Source of the DNA: Eledone cirrhosa
Lineage: Eukaryota
Assembly: GCA_964016885.1 (NCBI GenBank)
Contig: OZ024741.1
Span: 300,638,001-300,702,000, forward strand
Length of the DNA: 64,000 nt
Direction of reading: 5' to 3'
Shown here: positions 14,424 through 28,544 of the stretch, in pieces
Numbering within the stretch: the stretch's first letter is position 1
Layout: every line of letters starts with the position of its first letter
The notes under the pieces: generated by a model
Told to the model about the DNA's origin: nothing
What the model saw: only the letters and a program-made list of their open reading frames with translations
Databases searched by the model: none
Position numbers and translations under genes: made by a program

Positions 14424-14509
<86 letters not shown>

Positions 14510-14514
<5 letters not shown>

Positions 14515-17500
14515 TAAAATAACAGATTAAAGTTTAAGCAAATAATCGCTGCTTTCACCCTTAACGGGATCTTCTGAAACTAACGAAGTCAATCTGTAAA
14601 CGCAGAAGTGGATATTTCAAAAAACGTTGCAACCGGAGGAAGACAGGAAGACGATACTTTGGTTCGTGGAAACGTTCCCTGGCAAAGAATGGGAAAAAAC
14701 GAACATAATACGTCATTAATAGGAGCGGTGAAAAACAATTACACGCAAAGACAGGACCACGCTTTTGGTATAAAAGAGGTCGTAGACTAATGTTCTCTTA
14801 GGTGGTTCATAGAGACGTTCTCTGATCATGAACGAAAAAGCGAAGATAATACGTCATATGTGGAGCGTGGAGAACAATTGCACGCAAAGACAAAACCACG
14901 TAAATGGTATAGCAGAAGTCGTAGACTAAAATTTTAACTAGGAGACCGAATGAATCTCCGCTTCAGAGTTAAGAACAAAGTAAATAAATACAATACAGAA
15001 GTAATAGAAATTAAATAGATACATACACGCGTACAAATAGGTACATACACATGCATACGCTAAAACACTTACCATAGGTTTAGAAAACCACGCACATATA
15101 AATATGTGTGTGTATGTATGCGTGTATACAAATAAATAAATAATTAAATAAATACGTATATAACAAGCGCACACACATACCTACATGTAAATACGCAAAT
15201 GTTCGGAGACGTAAGTCAACCAAAAAATGCAGTACACATATACACACACTCTACATACGTACGTACCTGCATACTCACACAGACGCAAAACTCCCGTATA
15301 CACATAACCAAACCATATGTACCAGAATATATAAAAAGTATACGCCAATACAGTTACAATCAAATATACGTACGAGAAGGTATACGTACCTTCACAAAAC
15401 ATACAGGTAATATATACTTACCTATGCAAATAAGTAATGGTATACACAAAACATATACTTAGCTACCACATCAAGAAGTAAAATATCCACGTATATATCG
15501 TTCTGTCCGTTAAGGTATAACGTGGGGCTGTAATACAGGAAGGTTTTGTGCAATTTATGTTTACAAGCCGAAATTGCCTCAGATTTTGTGTTTAAGATGT
15601 GGTCGGTGGCGTAGAGTATTTCCAGGGCCTCAGCGGCCCAGAGGTCACATGGTATTTTATTTCCGTTATACGATCTAGCCCTAGCTAGGATCTCCCAGTG
15701 TAACTTATATTGGGTGTGGTTGTCTTTTAGACTCCAGATATAAGCTGAAAGTGCCGTCATATTCCTTCTTAGAGGGTAACGAAAAGAATGGGTATGCATG
15801 TAAAGACGCTGCTTGAATCTATTGGCAGTTAACCCTATGTAGGCCCTACGGGACGTGGGTGTGTCAACCTTAAATTTGTAGACAATGTTACTAGAGAGGC
15901 ATTTTCCGGATAGGGGGCAATCAACCCGATTCCTACAATTACAGTTAGTACTAACTACAGGGTTGCACGTGTTCCTACGGCTAGGTAATTTAGCTAAATT
16001 TGAAGCTGTGATGTTATGTGCAAGGTTAGGAGTCGTAGAGTAAGACATTTTAATAGTATTTCTATTAAAACTTTTAGTGTAGGGGGAAAATGCTTCGTAA
16101 TAAGGGAAAGAAAGATCTTAGCTAATGGTGTGACCACCTCCATATTATATGGTGGGTTATACCAACAAATGCGACGAGATCTATTTCTTCTAGGTCTATT
16201 TTCGTACTCTGTATATGCTACCTTATCGACAAATCCATTCCGAGCAAGAGCTTCATTGTAATAAGTGGAATGGTCGTTGAAAATATGCTCGTTAGTAGAT
16301 AGACGGGAAAGCCTCAATGAAATGTTTCTTACCAGGTTCTTGGTTATGCTGGCAGGATGGTTGGAATGCTTACTTATATAATTAAGCGTATCATTCGGCT
16401 TTCTATACGGGTAATACAACGCATTCAATAAATTGAGGGTAACGTCGAGGTAATTAACGACCGAGAGATTGGCCTCAACCTGTATAGAGAGGTTGAAGCC
16501 TTTAAAGAAGGCTGTGAGTTCTTTTCTGAAACTGTCGCAAGCACGACGTCCGCACTTAGTCATGGTCAAAAGACCATCATCACGGTACAAACCACCGCCC
16601 GCGTTGGGGAATTCGTCCTTGATAGAGAAAAGAAGGAAAAGGCCGATAAGATCAGTAACCTCCACAGAATCGCTGCCGCCCATACTCACGTCGAATGGGG
16701 TACTATTGGAATTTTTAATCCAAATAGAGTCGTCCAAATTAATCACCGACTTACGGGCATTGAGGATGACATCAACTTCGAAATCCTTAACCACTGTGAG
16801 TGTTTTAGCGAAATTGATAGCTCTAAGGAGAAGTGGTAAAGTGATGGAGGAGTAGTAATCGTTGATATCGAATTGGATAAAACGGCAATGTTCCTCGTTA
16901 CATATGCCGTTGAACCAATCAATCACCGCGAAAGAATTGTTCCACAGTGCAAGAGAGGCCAAACTTCTAATTTCAGGTATAATTCTATCAAGAATCGTTT
17001 TACTAAGTCTACCTAAATCGGACTTCGTAGGGTTAATAAGCCGAATAGAGGGGTTGTTCGGAAAATTGGATTTGTGATCCTTCAGGGTAAAGTGAGGAGA
17101 AATAGGGTCCAGCGGTTCGGTCCGGTCCAGGATGTTGAGATCAGACGTGATTTTAAACCCAGCATCGTTGATTTCATTGTTGACGCACCGATTAGGTGTA
17201 CGGTAATCCTTAGTTACAGCATTATGTAGTAGTTGATGGTAAGTACTACGCTCCACTTGATATAGGTTGCCAGTTTTGTCGTAATGGACGTGCACGGCAT
17301 TAGAATCCTTAATAGAACGAATTCTATTCTTCAGGTCCTGCTGGAAGTAATTGCTCCTATTCCGAAATTTGATACTCCGTATGAGTTCCAAGACATCATT
17401 TTCGAAGGGTAGCAATGCTGGGTTACACGGAGGATTATTATAGGTTTTAAACCCAAATGTATCCTGTTAGTTGTCTGCTTTTCGCGGATTATCGAAATAA

Positions 17501-18060
17501 AAGGCACGCCAAAGCAACATTTTAATGAACGCGTCTGTTTTCTGTATCAGGAGTTTTAGGTATGTTTTCTTGCTTGGTATGTTCTTTGTAGAAGTATTCA
17601 GATGTTGTTTCTGCATGATGAATATAAGTCAATAGAGTGCTCAACCGAGGGATCTAAATAGTAATAATAATAATAAATTTGAAGACCAAAATCCAAAGAG
17701 GGCTCGATAAGGTTAAATATATATCAATTATATAAGAACCGTAGAACAAATATTTATTAAAATAACAGATTAAAGTTTAAGCAAAGAATCGCTGCTTTCA
17801 CCCTTAACGGGATCTTCTGAAACTAACAAAGTCAATCTGTAAACGCAGAACTGGTTATTTCAAAAAAACGTTGCAACCGGAGGAAGACAGGAAGACGATA
17901 CTTTGGTTCGTGGAAACGTTCCCTGGCAAAGAACGGGAAAAAACGAAATTTGCTCTACGGTTCTTATATATTTGTTCTACGGTTCTTATATATTTGATAT
18001 ATATTTATCCTTATCGAGCGCTCTTTGGATTTTAGTCTTCAAATTTATTATTATTATTAC
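14510..18060 (-). mobile_element. Near full-length Penelope-like element family A (Neptune-like) with direct pLTRs and inverted 5' segment
   Basis: Direct repeats ~14510-14705 and ~17752-17947. 17948-18060 inverts ~17657-17755. Contains the RT+EN ORF and is flanked by (TA)n. Confidence 0.95.
15422..17616 (-). pseudogene. Penelope RT + Cys4 linker + GIY-YIG endonuclease, disrupted
   Basis: ATG at 17616 is in frame with the 473-aa ORF, with a TAA at 17467-17469. Motifs: DKTGNLY, IRLINP, FDINDYYSSI, LYRDDGL, WYNPPY. Frameshift at ~16050-16075, then CNCRNRVDCPLSGKC, NIVYK...YIG and RLYMH. Confidence 0.92.
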
Positions 18061-18096
18061 TATATATATATAAATATAAAAAGCAATCAATGCAAT

Positions 18097-18377
<281 letters not shown>

Positions 18378-18447
18378 TGTGTATATATATATATATTGAT
18401 ATATATATAAAGCAATCAATGCAATCAATATATATATATATATATAT

Positions 18448-21400
18448 GAGAGTATTGAAGTTTGCTTGAAGCATTGTGGAACAATAAGTAAATATCTTTA
18501 AGTCGTTTGGAAGCCTCGACAATGCAAATGGGTAAATCTCCGGGTAACAAGGTCCGGTGGTGGAGAGAGAGATGTAAGTGGGTGTACGTTGAGATGCGTG
18601 GTGTGTATAAGATGTGTAAGACGTGTAGAATGAAGGGAAGAGTATAAAGGATAAAATAAAAATAAGAACACAAGAGAGAGTTACCTTGGGAGAGATTTAA
18701 TAGTGCCTATATATTTCGGATTCACATCCATCAACTGGAGTTTTTTTCCGGGGTGGGGGAAAAGATTGTCTGTCGGACAAGTCCGGAATGCGTTCTTCGC
18801 TGTTTGTTGTTTTGAATATCTGAGGTATTCGGCAGAGCGCGCGTGCGCGTGAAATGGGGTCGGTCATACAGAGGTCAGCGGCCGAATGAGGGAGTGGGAT
18901 GGCGCTAGCTGTCAGTCGATTCTCTGCCTGTTTGTTAAATGTTACTGTGTGTGTGTGTGCGTGTGTTGTTGTGTCGCTTGAGTGTGTGTGCGTGTGTTGT
19001 TGTCTCGCTTGAGTGTGTGTTGTTGCCTTGTTCCTCTGTATTGGCAGTGTAGTATGTTCGAATGGTGGAATGCTACTGTGTGCGTGTGCGTGTGTGTGTG
19101 TAGTAGTCTCGTTAGCATGTGTGTGTGTGTGTGTGTGCGTGTGTTGTGTTTGTTGCATCGCTTGTTAACTTAAACCAGCCATCTCATTTCGCTTCTCTCT
19201 GATCGGTTGTTTATTTGCGGTTGCAGTCGTTTGATAAAAAGCGCTTCGTTGATACGTAACGTTCCGACGTTTCTTTCAGTCGCTATAATTGTGACAATGG
19301 GTCTTCCGTCTTTGTTTCCGCATTTGTCTATGTGTTTCCGGAAAGACGAGTCCCTGGTTTTAGTGTGTTCCTTGATTCGGATGTGCAAAGGTCGAATTGT
19401 GCTACCTATGTAGTATTGGTTGCACCTGTCACATTCTATCTTATACACGACGTATGTGCATAGGCAACAGTTCGCATGGCGTATCGGGCAGTCTCTGAGG
19501 GAGCATGCGTCAGTAGATTTTTCGGGTTTCCTGGAGAGGCATCTTCGCAGGGAGGGGCCCGAGTGGGCCATGTGGATGTCAAGGCCCTCCCTCCGTATAG
19601 CCTTGCGGATAGCGTTGGTGATTTTCTCGCCCAGGTGTGGCATTTTAAGGAAGCACTTGCCTTGGGTGCTTCTGTCTCTTGCGGCTGGTGTCTCCTATTC
19701 TGTCTGTGATCGAATTAGGGTACCCGTTCGTCTCCAGCACCTCGAGGAATCGCTTGGTATGAGTGACACCACTCGCGGGATCGCTGCATCTGTTTTTGAT
19801 TCGCACGATCTCGTTCGTGATGTATCCTCTTTTAGCACTGTTAGGGAGGGCGGACTTGTAGTGAACGAATAGGTCCCTGCAGGCTGCATTTCGGTAGAAG
19901 TTGCAGTGGATCCTTCCCTGTTCCGTGATGTTGATTCGGAAGTCGAGGAGGGCAAGTGACCCGTCTTCGTTGGGGTGTTCAACACTGATGTCAATGTTCT
20001 CGTCCGTGTTGTTGAACGTCTCATAGATTCTGTTCGCCGTGTCTTGGGAAGATGTGAGGATGAGGATGTCGCCCACGTACCTTGAGAAAAAGGCTACGGC
20101 GTTGGGGTGGCAGGCGTTGAGTGCCTTGCGTTCGAGGTTGTCCATGTAAGAGATCGCTAGCACACCTGATAGGCTTGCTCGCATGGGCAATCCCGAGGTT
20201 TGTTGGTATATTTGGTCAAGGAATCCGAAGTAGGTGTTGTCGACGACGATGGATAGGAGTTGGTGGATGTCAGTGGTGGTGAGCCCGAAGCAGTGTAGGT
20301 CGGTGGATTGGACACGTTCCATTAGTATATTGTGGGCCGGGAGTGCCGGGACCGAGGTGTAGAGAGCGACTACATCAAGGCTGAAGGCATATCTGTTATT
20401 CCTTCTGGTGTCGGGATCCATTTGATGCAGGCGCTTCAACACCTCCTCAGAGCTGTTAACGTGTCCCGGCAAGGTGTCTAAGATGGGTTTGAGTATTCTG
20501 GCTAGGAGCCATGAAATTTTGTAGAGTGGTCCCTCCACGCTCGATACGATGGGCCTGATTTTCAGGTCGGGTCCCTGTTTGTGTTTTTTCACGAGGTGGT
20601 AGAAGGCAGGTAGTCTGCTGTTCCTCGTGAGGAGGTTGTATCTCAGCTTCTTCGGGAGCTTCCGCCGGTCGCAGATGTTGGTCCAGGCGGAGTTGATGTG
20701 TTCTTCTATCTGCGCGGGAGTGATTCCCGTGACCTTGGAGTAGAGGTTGTCATCGTCAAGGTGTTGGAGGGCCAGGGTGTTGTAGGCCTCTCTGCTGATG
20801 ACGCAGAATTCTTTTCCCTTGTCGGAGAGGAGATAGATGAGGTTCTTCGATTTTAGGTTGGAGAGAGTGGTGAGTTGAGATTTGGTGAGGTTATGTGTTG
20901 TGCGTGTGTGTGTGTGTTGGTGAAGTATATCCGAGATGGAGTGTTTTAGCCTGATGAGTTTAGTGTCGAGTTCGTGGTTGGTGGGTGGGGGGTGGAGTGG
21001 GTTGTCGGGGTGGTAAGTGGGGAACTTGGGGTGGGTTGCGTCGGCGCTGTTATTTTCTGTGGCGCTGTTGATGGCGGTCACCCATTTAAGTTGGCAAGCG
21101 CCTCAGCAAAAGTTGGCCTCAATGTTGAGTTTGAGTCTGTCGTCGAGACGTTGCGTGACGATGAACTTAGGTCCGAGGTGTAGGAGTTTCAGCTCGTCGC
21201 TCGTGAGAGTGCCGGTTAGGTCGGTGACCAGGTGCGTCGCATCGTTGAGGTATAGCTCGGTGTTGGTGGTTGTGGCGGTGGCGGTTGTTAAGTTGTTGTT
21301 TTCTACGTGGTTCTGGTCCGTCTGTTCATTAGTGTCGATGTTCTCGTTGTGGCGTTTCGACAAGATCCACTCATATTTTTGCTTGAGCCGTATTTTCTCA

Positions 21401-22718
21401 AGAGTGGTAGCACTGGTCGATTGCTTTAGTGATTTTCAGGAGCAAGTCTCCGGGTGCTATTGGCAGTCGATGTGTCCGCTCTGAGAGTGTCCGCTTATGG
21501 ACTTATGGACGTGTAATTGGCGGTTGAGATGTCTCAAGATCTGTTTAATACACGTGCGATGTATGCGGTTAGTGGTGTTTTGGAAGGCTGGTGTACGTAG
21601 GCTTACTGGTAAGCGGATGTTCTTGATGGTGTTGGGGATGACATCGTTTTTTAGGCAGCGTTTCAGGAAAATAATTTGGCAGCCAGCGTTGGCCCATTTC
21701 TCCGACAGTCTAAACAGTTCCCTTACGGATGCAAACAATTCCTGGCTCAGGTGTAAGGATAAGAGAGTATTGAAGTTTGCTTGAAGCATTGTGGAACAAT
21801 AAGTAAATATCTTTAAGTCGTTTGGATACCTCGACAATGCAAATGGGTAAATCTCCGGGTAACAAGGTCCGGTGGTGGAGAGAGATATATAAGTGGGTGT
21901 ACGTTGAGATGCGTGGTGTGTATAAGATGTGTGAGATGTGTAGAATGAAGGGAAGAGTATAAAGGATAAAATTAAAATAACAACACAAGAGAGAGTTACC
22001 TTGAGAGAGATTTAATAGTCCCTATATATTTCGCATTCACATCCATCAACTGGGGTTTTTTCCGGGGTGGGGGAAAAAGTTGTCTGTCGGACAAGTCCGG
22101 AACGCGTCCTTCGCTGTTTGTTGTTTTGAATATCTGAGGTATTCGGCAGAGCGCGCGTGCGCGTGAAATGGGGTCGGTCGTACAGAGGTCAGCGGCCGAA
22201 TGAGGGAGTGGGATGGCGCTAGCTGTCAGTCCATTCTCTGCCTGCTTGTTAAATGTTACTGTGTGTGTGTGTGCATGTGTTGTTGTCTCGCTTGAGTGTG
22301 TGTGCGTGTGTTGTTGTCTCGCTTGGGTGTGTGTTGTTGCCTTGTTCCTCTGTATTGGCAGTGTAGTATGTTCGTATGGTGGAATGCTACTGTGTGTGTG
22401 TGCGTGTGTGTGTGTAGTTGTCTCGTTTGCGTGTGTGTGTGTGTGTGTGTGCGTGTGTTGTGTTTTGTTACATCGCTTATTAACTTAAACCAGCCATCTC
22501 ATTTCGTTTCTCTCTGATCGGTTGTTTATTTGCGGTTGCAGTCGTTTGATAAAAAGCGCTTCCTTGATACGTAACGTACCGACGTTTCTTTCAGTCGCTA
22601 TAATTGTGACAATGGGTCTTCCGTCTTTGTTTCCGCATTTGTCTATGTGTTTCCGGAAAGACGAGTCCCTGGTTTTAGTGTGTTCCTTGATCCGGATGTG
22701 CAAAGGTCGAATTGTGCT
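18448..22718 (-). mobile_element. Penelope-like element family B (different clade, Poseidon-like N-terminus), partial tandem
   Basis: ~950-bp direct repeat, 18448-19408 vs 21764-22718, which includes the end of the EN and the start of the ORF. Both ends abut (TA)n. Confidence 0.92.
19170..21837 (-). pseudogene. Penelope RT + GIY-YIG ORF, disrupted
   Basis: Pieces 21457-21837 (FLKRC..VIP), 21103-21363, 19645-21081 (SDKG, IRPIVS, LDVVALYTSVP, QTSGLPM, catalytic motif as YVGD) and 19170-19643 (VVYKIECDRC..YIGST..RIKEH). Confidence 0.9.
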
Positions 22719-22922
22719 ATATATATATAAAAAACTTATATATAACTGCTCTGTAAAAGAACTGATGTTATTACATTGAGCTATTTATCTTACTGGTAAT
22801 AAGGTAGTAATATATTACTGCCTACCACTATTTAGGGTTTGTAAAAATTTATATAACTACAAAAGGTTTTTGTATATGCATAACCATAAATAGTACCCTT
22901 AATACTATACACACACACACAT

Positions 22923-22972
<50 letters not shown>

Positions 22973-22997
22973 ATATATATATTGATTGCATTGATTG

Positions 22998-23031
<34 letters not shown>

Positions 23032-23034
<3 letters not shown>

Positions 23035-23540
23035 CGGAGAATAGACCGTTAAAACATGTTTATTTAAAATATCACCTACGTACGTTTCGCCCAGTTGGGC
23101 TTCTCAAGGGCATAAATAATCACAAGTGCCCCTTATATAGTTCGGAAAGAGAACTATATAAGGAGCACTTGTGATTATTTATGCCCTTGAGAAGCCCAAC
23201 TGGGCGAAACGTACGTAGGTGATATTTTAAATAAACATGTTTTAACGGTCTATTCTTCGATTATTTACTTTCCCACGTGCTTACGCTCTGCTAACTCTCT
23301 AGCCCACTAAATATTAACACTTCAAATATTTAATACTGCCGGCACTAGTATCGAGCACCTTTGGCATACGCTATATAACTGGTCTGTAAAAGAACTGATG
23401 TTATTACATTGAGCTATTTATCTTACTGGTAATAAGGTAGTAATATATAACTGGCTATCACTATTTAGGGTTTGTAAAAATATATATAACTACAAAAGAT
23501 TTTTGTATATGCATTACCATAAATAGTACCCTTAATACTA
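23032..23540 (+). mobile_element. Fold-back pLTR-like element with HHR in both arms; tail copies at 22737-22907 (+) and 24110-24281 (-)
   Basis: 23032-23141 inverts 23152-23263. The tail is repeated nearby in both orientations among (TA)n. Confidence 0.8.
23181..23223 (+). ncRNA. Type I hammerhead, U3-A8 core variant (mirror copy 23071-23113 on -)
   Basis: CC-TTGAGAA-GCCC-AACT-GGGC-GAAA-CGTACG-TA-GG. Palindromic stem III ACGTACGT. Stem I is short. Confidence 0.72.
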
Positions 23541-23559
23541 CACACACACATACACACAT

Positions 23560-23703
<144 letters not shown>

Positions 23704-23716
23704 CAATCAATGCACT

Positions 23717-23764
<48 letters not shown>

Positions 23765-23920
23765 ACCGTCGGTCAGTCAATGGCAACATTGAGGACCGAG
23801 TAAGCTAGATTACAGATATAAATGACAGCGAGAAGCGAAAACCAAACAAACAGTGAGTGTGTTCTGTTATTAATTCTGGCAATATTACACAAATATGACC
23901 CTCCCCAAGTATAACAATAT

Positions 23921-24016
<96 letters not shown>

Positions 24017-24076
24017 TAATTGCATTGATTGCTTTATATGTATATATTTATATATATGTGTATATATCTATATATC

Positions 24077-24109
<33 letters not shown>

Positions 24110-24282
24110 ATAGTATTAAGGGTACTATTTATGGTTATGCATATACAAAAACCTTTTGTAGTTATATATATTTTTACAACCCTAAATAGTGGTAGGCAGT
24201 AATATATTACTACCTCATTACCAGTAAGATAAATAGCTCAATGTAATAACATCAGTTCTTTTACAGAGCAGTTATATATAAG

Positions 24283-24324
<42 letters not shown>

Positions 24325-24337
24325 CAATCAATGCAAT

Positions 24338-24434
<97 letters not shown>

Positions 24435-26043
24435 TAAATAAATGGAAACTATATTTATAAAACCATATTTATTTCATTATATATATTTCGGGGATATCAT
24501 ATTAACAATATGCTATGCCTTCCTCAGACAAAATACAATATAAACAGTTTTATAGATAAATAGATTCGACATACCGTTATAACACCGACTTGCATTTGAA
24601 GAGGTTAAACTGGCAGTGAAAATATTTTACACAGAGAGAAAGAAAGAGAGAAAAAAAAAAAAAAAAAAAAAGAAAGAAAGACAGAAAACGAAGAAAAGGA
24701 AGAAAAAGAAGAAATGCATGGAACAAAATAGAGAGATGGAAAGATAGATAAAGAGAAGAGAAGAACTTCATGTAAAGAAACAGAAAGATATATATATAGA
24801 GAGAGAGAGAGGAAATAGAGATAGATACATATATATAGAGAAAATTAGGTAGTGGGAGGTCATTTTGAGTAAATGTATCAATGATACATTTATTTATTTA
24901 TTTATTTATTTATTTAGCTCTAGTATTAATTTAAGGGAGATATATAGAGAGAGAAAAAAATAGAGAGAGAGAAAAAATAGCGAGAGAAAAAATTTAAAAA
25001 TAGCCAGATATATTCGAGGCGTAAAAACCCTATGTTTTAATGTATTAGTATTTATAAAACTTCCACTATATTGTAAATATCAGTATTCCTGAATGAGACA
25101 AGTATCCATAGTGTGTGAAAATTAATTATCTTATGTTTAGTTTTTTTAAAAAATTTCTATGTTTATGTGATAGCTACAAACATCTATGTGAATCCACATG
25201 ATCAACTCTGCAAACTCTAAGTTCACGGAAAACATTCTCAATGTGGTATAAAAATTTGAGTATACATATATGTGTATTATTATTCCTGTCTTTACTCTAC
25301 AAGATTATCTATCAAGCAGAAATAGAGAGCAGATTTCAATATACTAATAAAGATATATATCAGAAACAAAACTAAAAAAATAAAAAGATAACAATAATAA
25401 TAATAAGTAATAATAAAATAGAAAACTAAAAAAATAAAAAAATATTCCGAAAGAATATTACATATTAAAAATATTACATATTAAAAAATATTACGTATTA
25501 AAAAATATTACGTATGAAAAAATTTACATATTAAAGATATTAAAAATAAAAATAAAAAATATTATAAAATACTACAATAATAAAAAATAAAAATAAACCA
25601 CAAAGATCAACCCTTCAAAATTAATTGACAATATATTGCCAAGTTCATTATAAGACAAAGCCAAAAATTATCTATCAAATCACATCTAGCAAAGATCATT
25701 TCAAAAAGTTTATGATGTCCAATTTGGTCTACATGTGTTCTTATATTTAATATAGAAGTTTATCTAGTGTAAGGTTTATTCAAAATATTTGGATCATCAG
25801 CTTTTAGGGTAGCTTAATTTTTCATGAGGATATATATAGCAATCAATGCAATCAATATATATATATATATATAAATATATATATATAGGAAGACGATCGA
25901 CTTTCGTCAAATCGGACCGAGGGAACAATGTTTCCGTTGGTCTTTCCAATTGCTAATACTATCTATCGGTCGCAACTCCAGGTAGAAGGAGCAACGTGAA
26001 ATAAAGTGTCTTGCCCAAGGACATAACGCATCGCCTGGTCCAG

Positions 26044-26132
<89 letters not shown>

Positions 26133-26209
26133 ATTAAATAAATGGAAACTATATTTATAAAACCATATTTATTTCATTATATATATTTCGGGGATATCAT
26201 ATTAACAAT

Positions 26210-27160
26210 ATGCTATGCCTTCCTCAGACAAAATACAATATAAACAGTGTAAACTCTGTTCAAAAACGTATCTCTAGGATCTCGTCGAATAGAAAGATTT
26301 TCGACGAAAAGGCCCAATACTATAATGAAGCATTAGCTAGAGCAGGATATGCTGATAAGATTGTGTACATAGATAATGATAGACAAACTAAACAAAGTAA
26401 CAACTTTTTTAATTACGGCAACAACCTTAACAACTATAATAGAAAGCATTACAATAATTCAAAAGGCCAAAAAAGAATTAGAACTAGGAACATAATTTGG
26501 TTCCCCCCCCCCCCTTTCTCACTAAACATTAAAACCCACATCGCTAAACTATTTTTCAAAGCTCTTGATAATCGCTTCCCTAGAACACATAGGTATCACT
26601 CAATTTTCAATAGGCATACAATTAAATTAACCTACTCATCCACCAAAAATTTAGCACAAAATATTAATAGAATAAATAATAGGAACTTAAAACCTAGTGA
26701 TAATAGCATAAATAATATACAAGTTAACAAATGTAACTGTAGAGATAGATCTAAATGTCCGTTAAATAACAACTGCTTAGTTAAAAATATAGTATACAAT
26801 TGTAATGTTAATACTGACTATAATTCTTTTAACTACGTCGGTTCCACATCGACGGAATTTAAACTTCGCTATAATAACCACAAGAATTCTTTCACAGATC
26901 CAAGCAAAAAATCTTCAACGGCACTATCAGGCGTACTCTGGCAACTTAAGCTAGATAACGTTAGATATTCGACGGCTTGGAATATAGTCTCAAGAGGGAT
27001 TCCTTTTAATTCATCCTCTGAGACATGTGACCTCTGCGCAGAGGAGATATTCCTTATACTAAAATCTAAAAATTCCCTTAATCTACGGACAAATTTATTC
27101 AGTTGTTGCAAACATAGATTAAACTCAACGTTTAAATATAAATTTAAATTTAAAATGTAG
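26210..27160 (+). CDS. Penelope ORF 3' fragment (RT thumb, Cys4 linker, GIY-YIG), open frame
   Basis: Motifs YYNEALARAGY, RNIIWF.PP, CNCRDRSKCPLNNNC, NIVYNC..YVGST..FKLRYNNH, CDLC, CKH. The first ~13 codons come from the inverted pLTR. Confidence 0.85.
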   Translation: MLCLPQTKYNINSVNSVQKRISRISSNRKIFDEKAQYYNEALARAGYADKIVYIDNDRQTKQSNNFFNYGNNLNNYNRKHYNNSKGQKRIRTRNIIWFPPPPFSLNIKTHIAKLFFKALDNRFPRTHRYHSIFNRHTIKLTYSSTKNLAQNINRINNRNLKPSDNSINNIQVNKCNCRDRSKCPLNNNCLVKNIVYNCNVNTDYNSFNYVGSTSTEFKLRYNNHKNSFTDPSKKSSTALSGVLWQLKLDNVRYSTAWNIVSRGIPFNSSSETCDLCAEEIFLILKSKNSLNLRTNLFSCCKHRLNSTFKYKFKFKM

Positions 27161-28114
27161 TATATTTAGTTTGATTTATATTTATATGGGAAACTAGCCG
27201 ATAAATCTTTGATTCCTTCTTTTTATTCTTTTTATTGCTTATTTTTATTTAAACATTCCTCATGAAAAATTAAGCTACCCTAAAAGCTGATGCTCCAAAT
27301 ATTTTGAATAAACCTTACACTAGATAAACCTTTATATTAAATATAAGAACACATGTAGACCATTTTGGGCATCATAAACTTTTTGAAATGATCTTTGCTA
27401 GATGTGATTTGATGGATAATTTTTGGCTTTGTCTGTTCTTCGACTCTGATGCTTATAATGAACTTGACAATATATTATCAATTAATTTTGAAGGGTTGAT
27501 CTTTGTGGTTTATTTTTATTTTTTATTATTGTGGTATTTTCTAATATTTTTTATTTTTATTTTTAATATCTTTAATATGTAAATTTTTAATATGTAATAT
27601 TTTTAATATGTAATATTCTTTCCTAATATTTTTATTTTTTTAGTTTTCTATTTTTTAGTTTTGTTTCTGATATATATTTTTATTAGTATATTGAAATCTG
27701 CTCTCTATTTCTGCTTGATAGATAATCTTGTAGAGTAAAGACAGGAATAATAATACACATATATGTATACTCAAAGTTTTATACCACATTGAGAATGTTT
27801 TCCGTTAACTTAGAGTTTGCAGAGTTGATCATGTGGATTCACATGAATGTTTGTAGCTATCACATAAACATATGAATTTTTTAAAAAAACTAAACATAAG
27901 ATAATTAATTTTCACACACTATGGATACTTGTCTCATTCAGGAATAATGATATTTACAATATAGTGGAAGTTTTATAAATACTAATACATTAAAACATAG
28001 GGTTTTTACGCCTCGATTATATCTGGCTATTTTTTTAAATTGTTTCTCTCGCTATTTTTTCTCTCTCTATATTCTTTCTCTATATATATATCTCCCTTAC
28101 ATTAATACTAGAGC

Positions 28115-28145
<31 letters not shown>

Positions 28146-28478
28146 ATGTACCATTGATACATTTACTCAACTGACCTCCCACTACCTAATTTTCTATATA
28201 TATATGTATCTATCTCTATTTCCTCTCTCTATATATATATATATATCTTTCTGTTTCTTTACATGAAGTTCTTCTCCTTATCTATCTCTCCATCTCTCTA
28301 CTTTGTTCCATGCATTTCTTCTTTTTCTTCCTTTTCTTCGTTTTCTGTCTTTCTTTCTTTTTTCTCTCTTTCTTTCTTTCTGTGTAAAATTTTTTCACTG
28401 CCAGCTCAACCTCTCCAAATGCAAGTCGGTGTTGTTATGGTATGTCGAATCTATTTATCTATAAAACTGTTTATATTG

Positions 28479-28544
28479 TATTTTGTCTGAGGAAGGCATA
28501 GCATATTGTTAATATGATATCCCCGAAATATATATAATGAAATA
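28479..28544 (+). ncRNA. Type I hammerhead in family E pLTR (inverted copies 24470-24535 and 26170-26235 on -)
   Basis: TATTTTGT-CTGAGGA-stem II (GG..CATATTG/TAATATG..CC)-GAAA-TATATA-TA-ATGAAATA, overlapping AATAAA. Confidence 0.75.

Noticed and set aside
21103-21105. In-frame TGA in Penelope family B as possible selenocysteine
   Set aside because: The context (ANFC*) fits CGA>TGA decay. The copy also has frameshifts and a YVGD active site, and I saw no SECIS.
22018-22092. HHR in family B pLTR (GAAA-TATA-TA-GGGAC on -; also ~18705-18785)
   Set aside because: The 3' half is present but there is no convincing CUGANGA core, so it is left uncalled.
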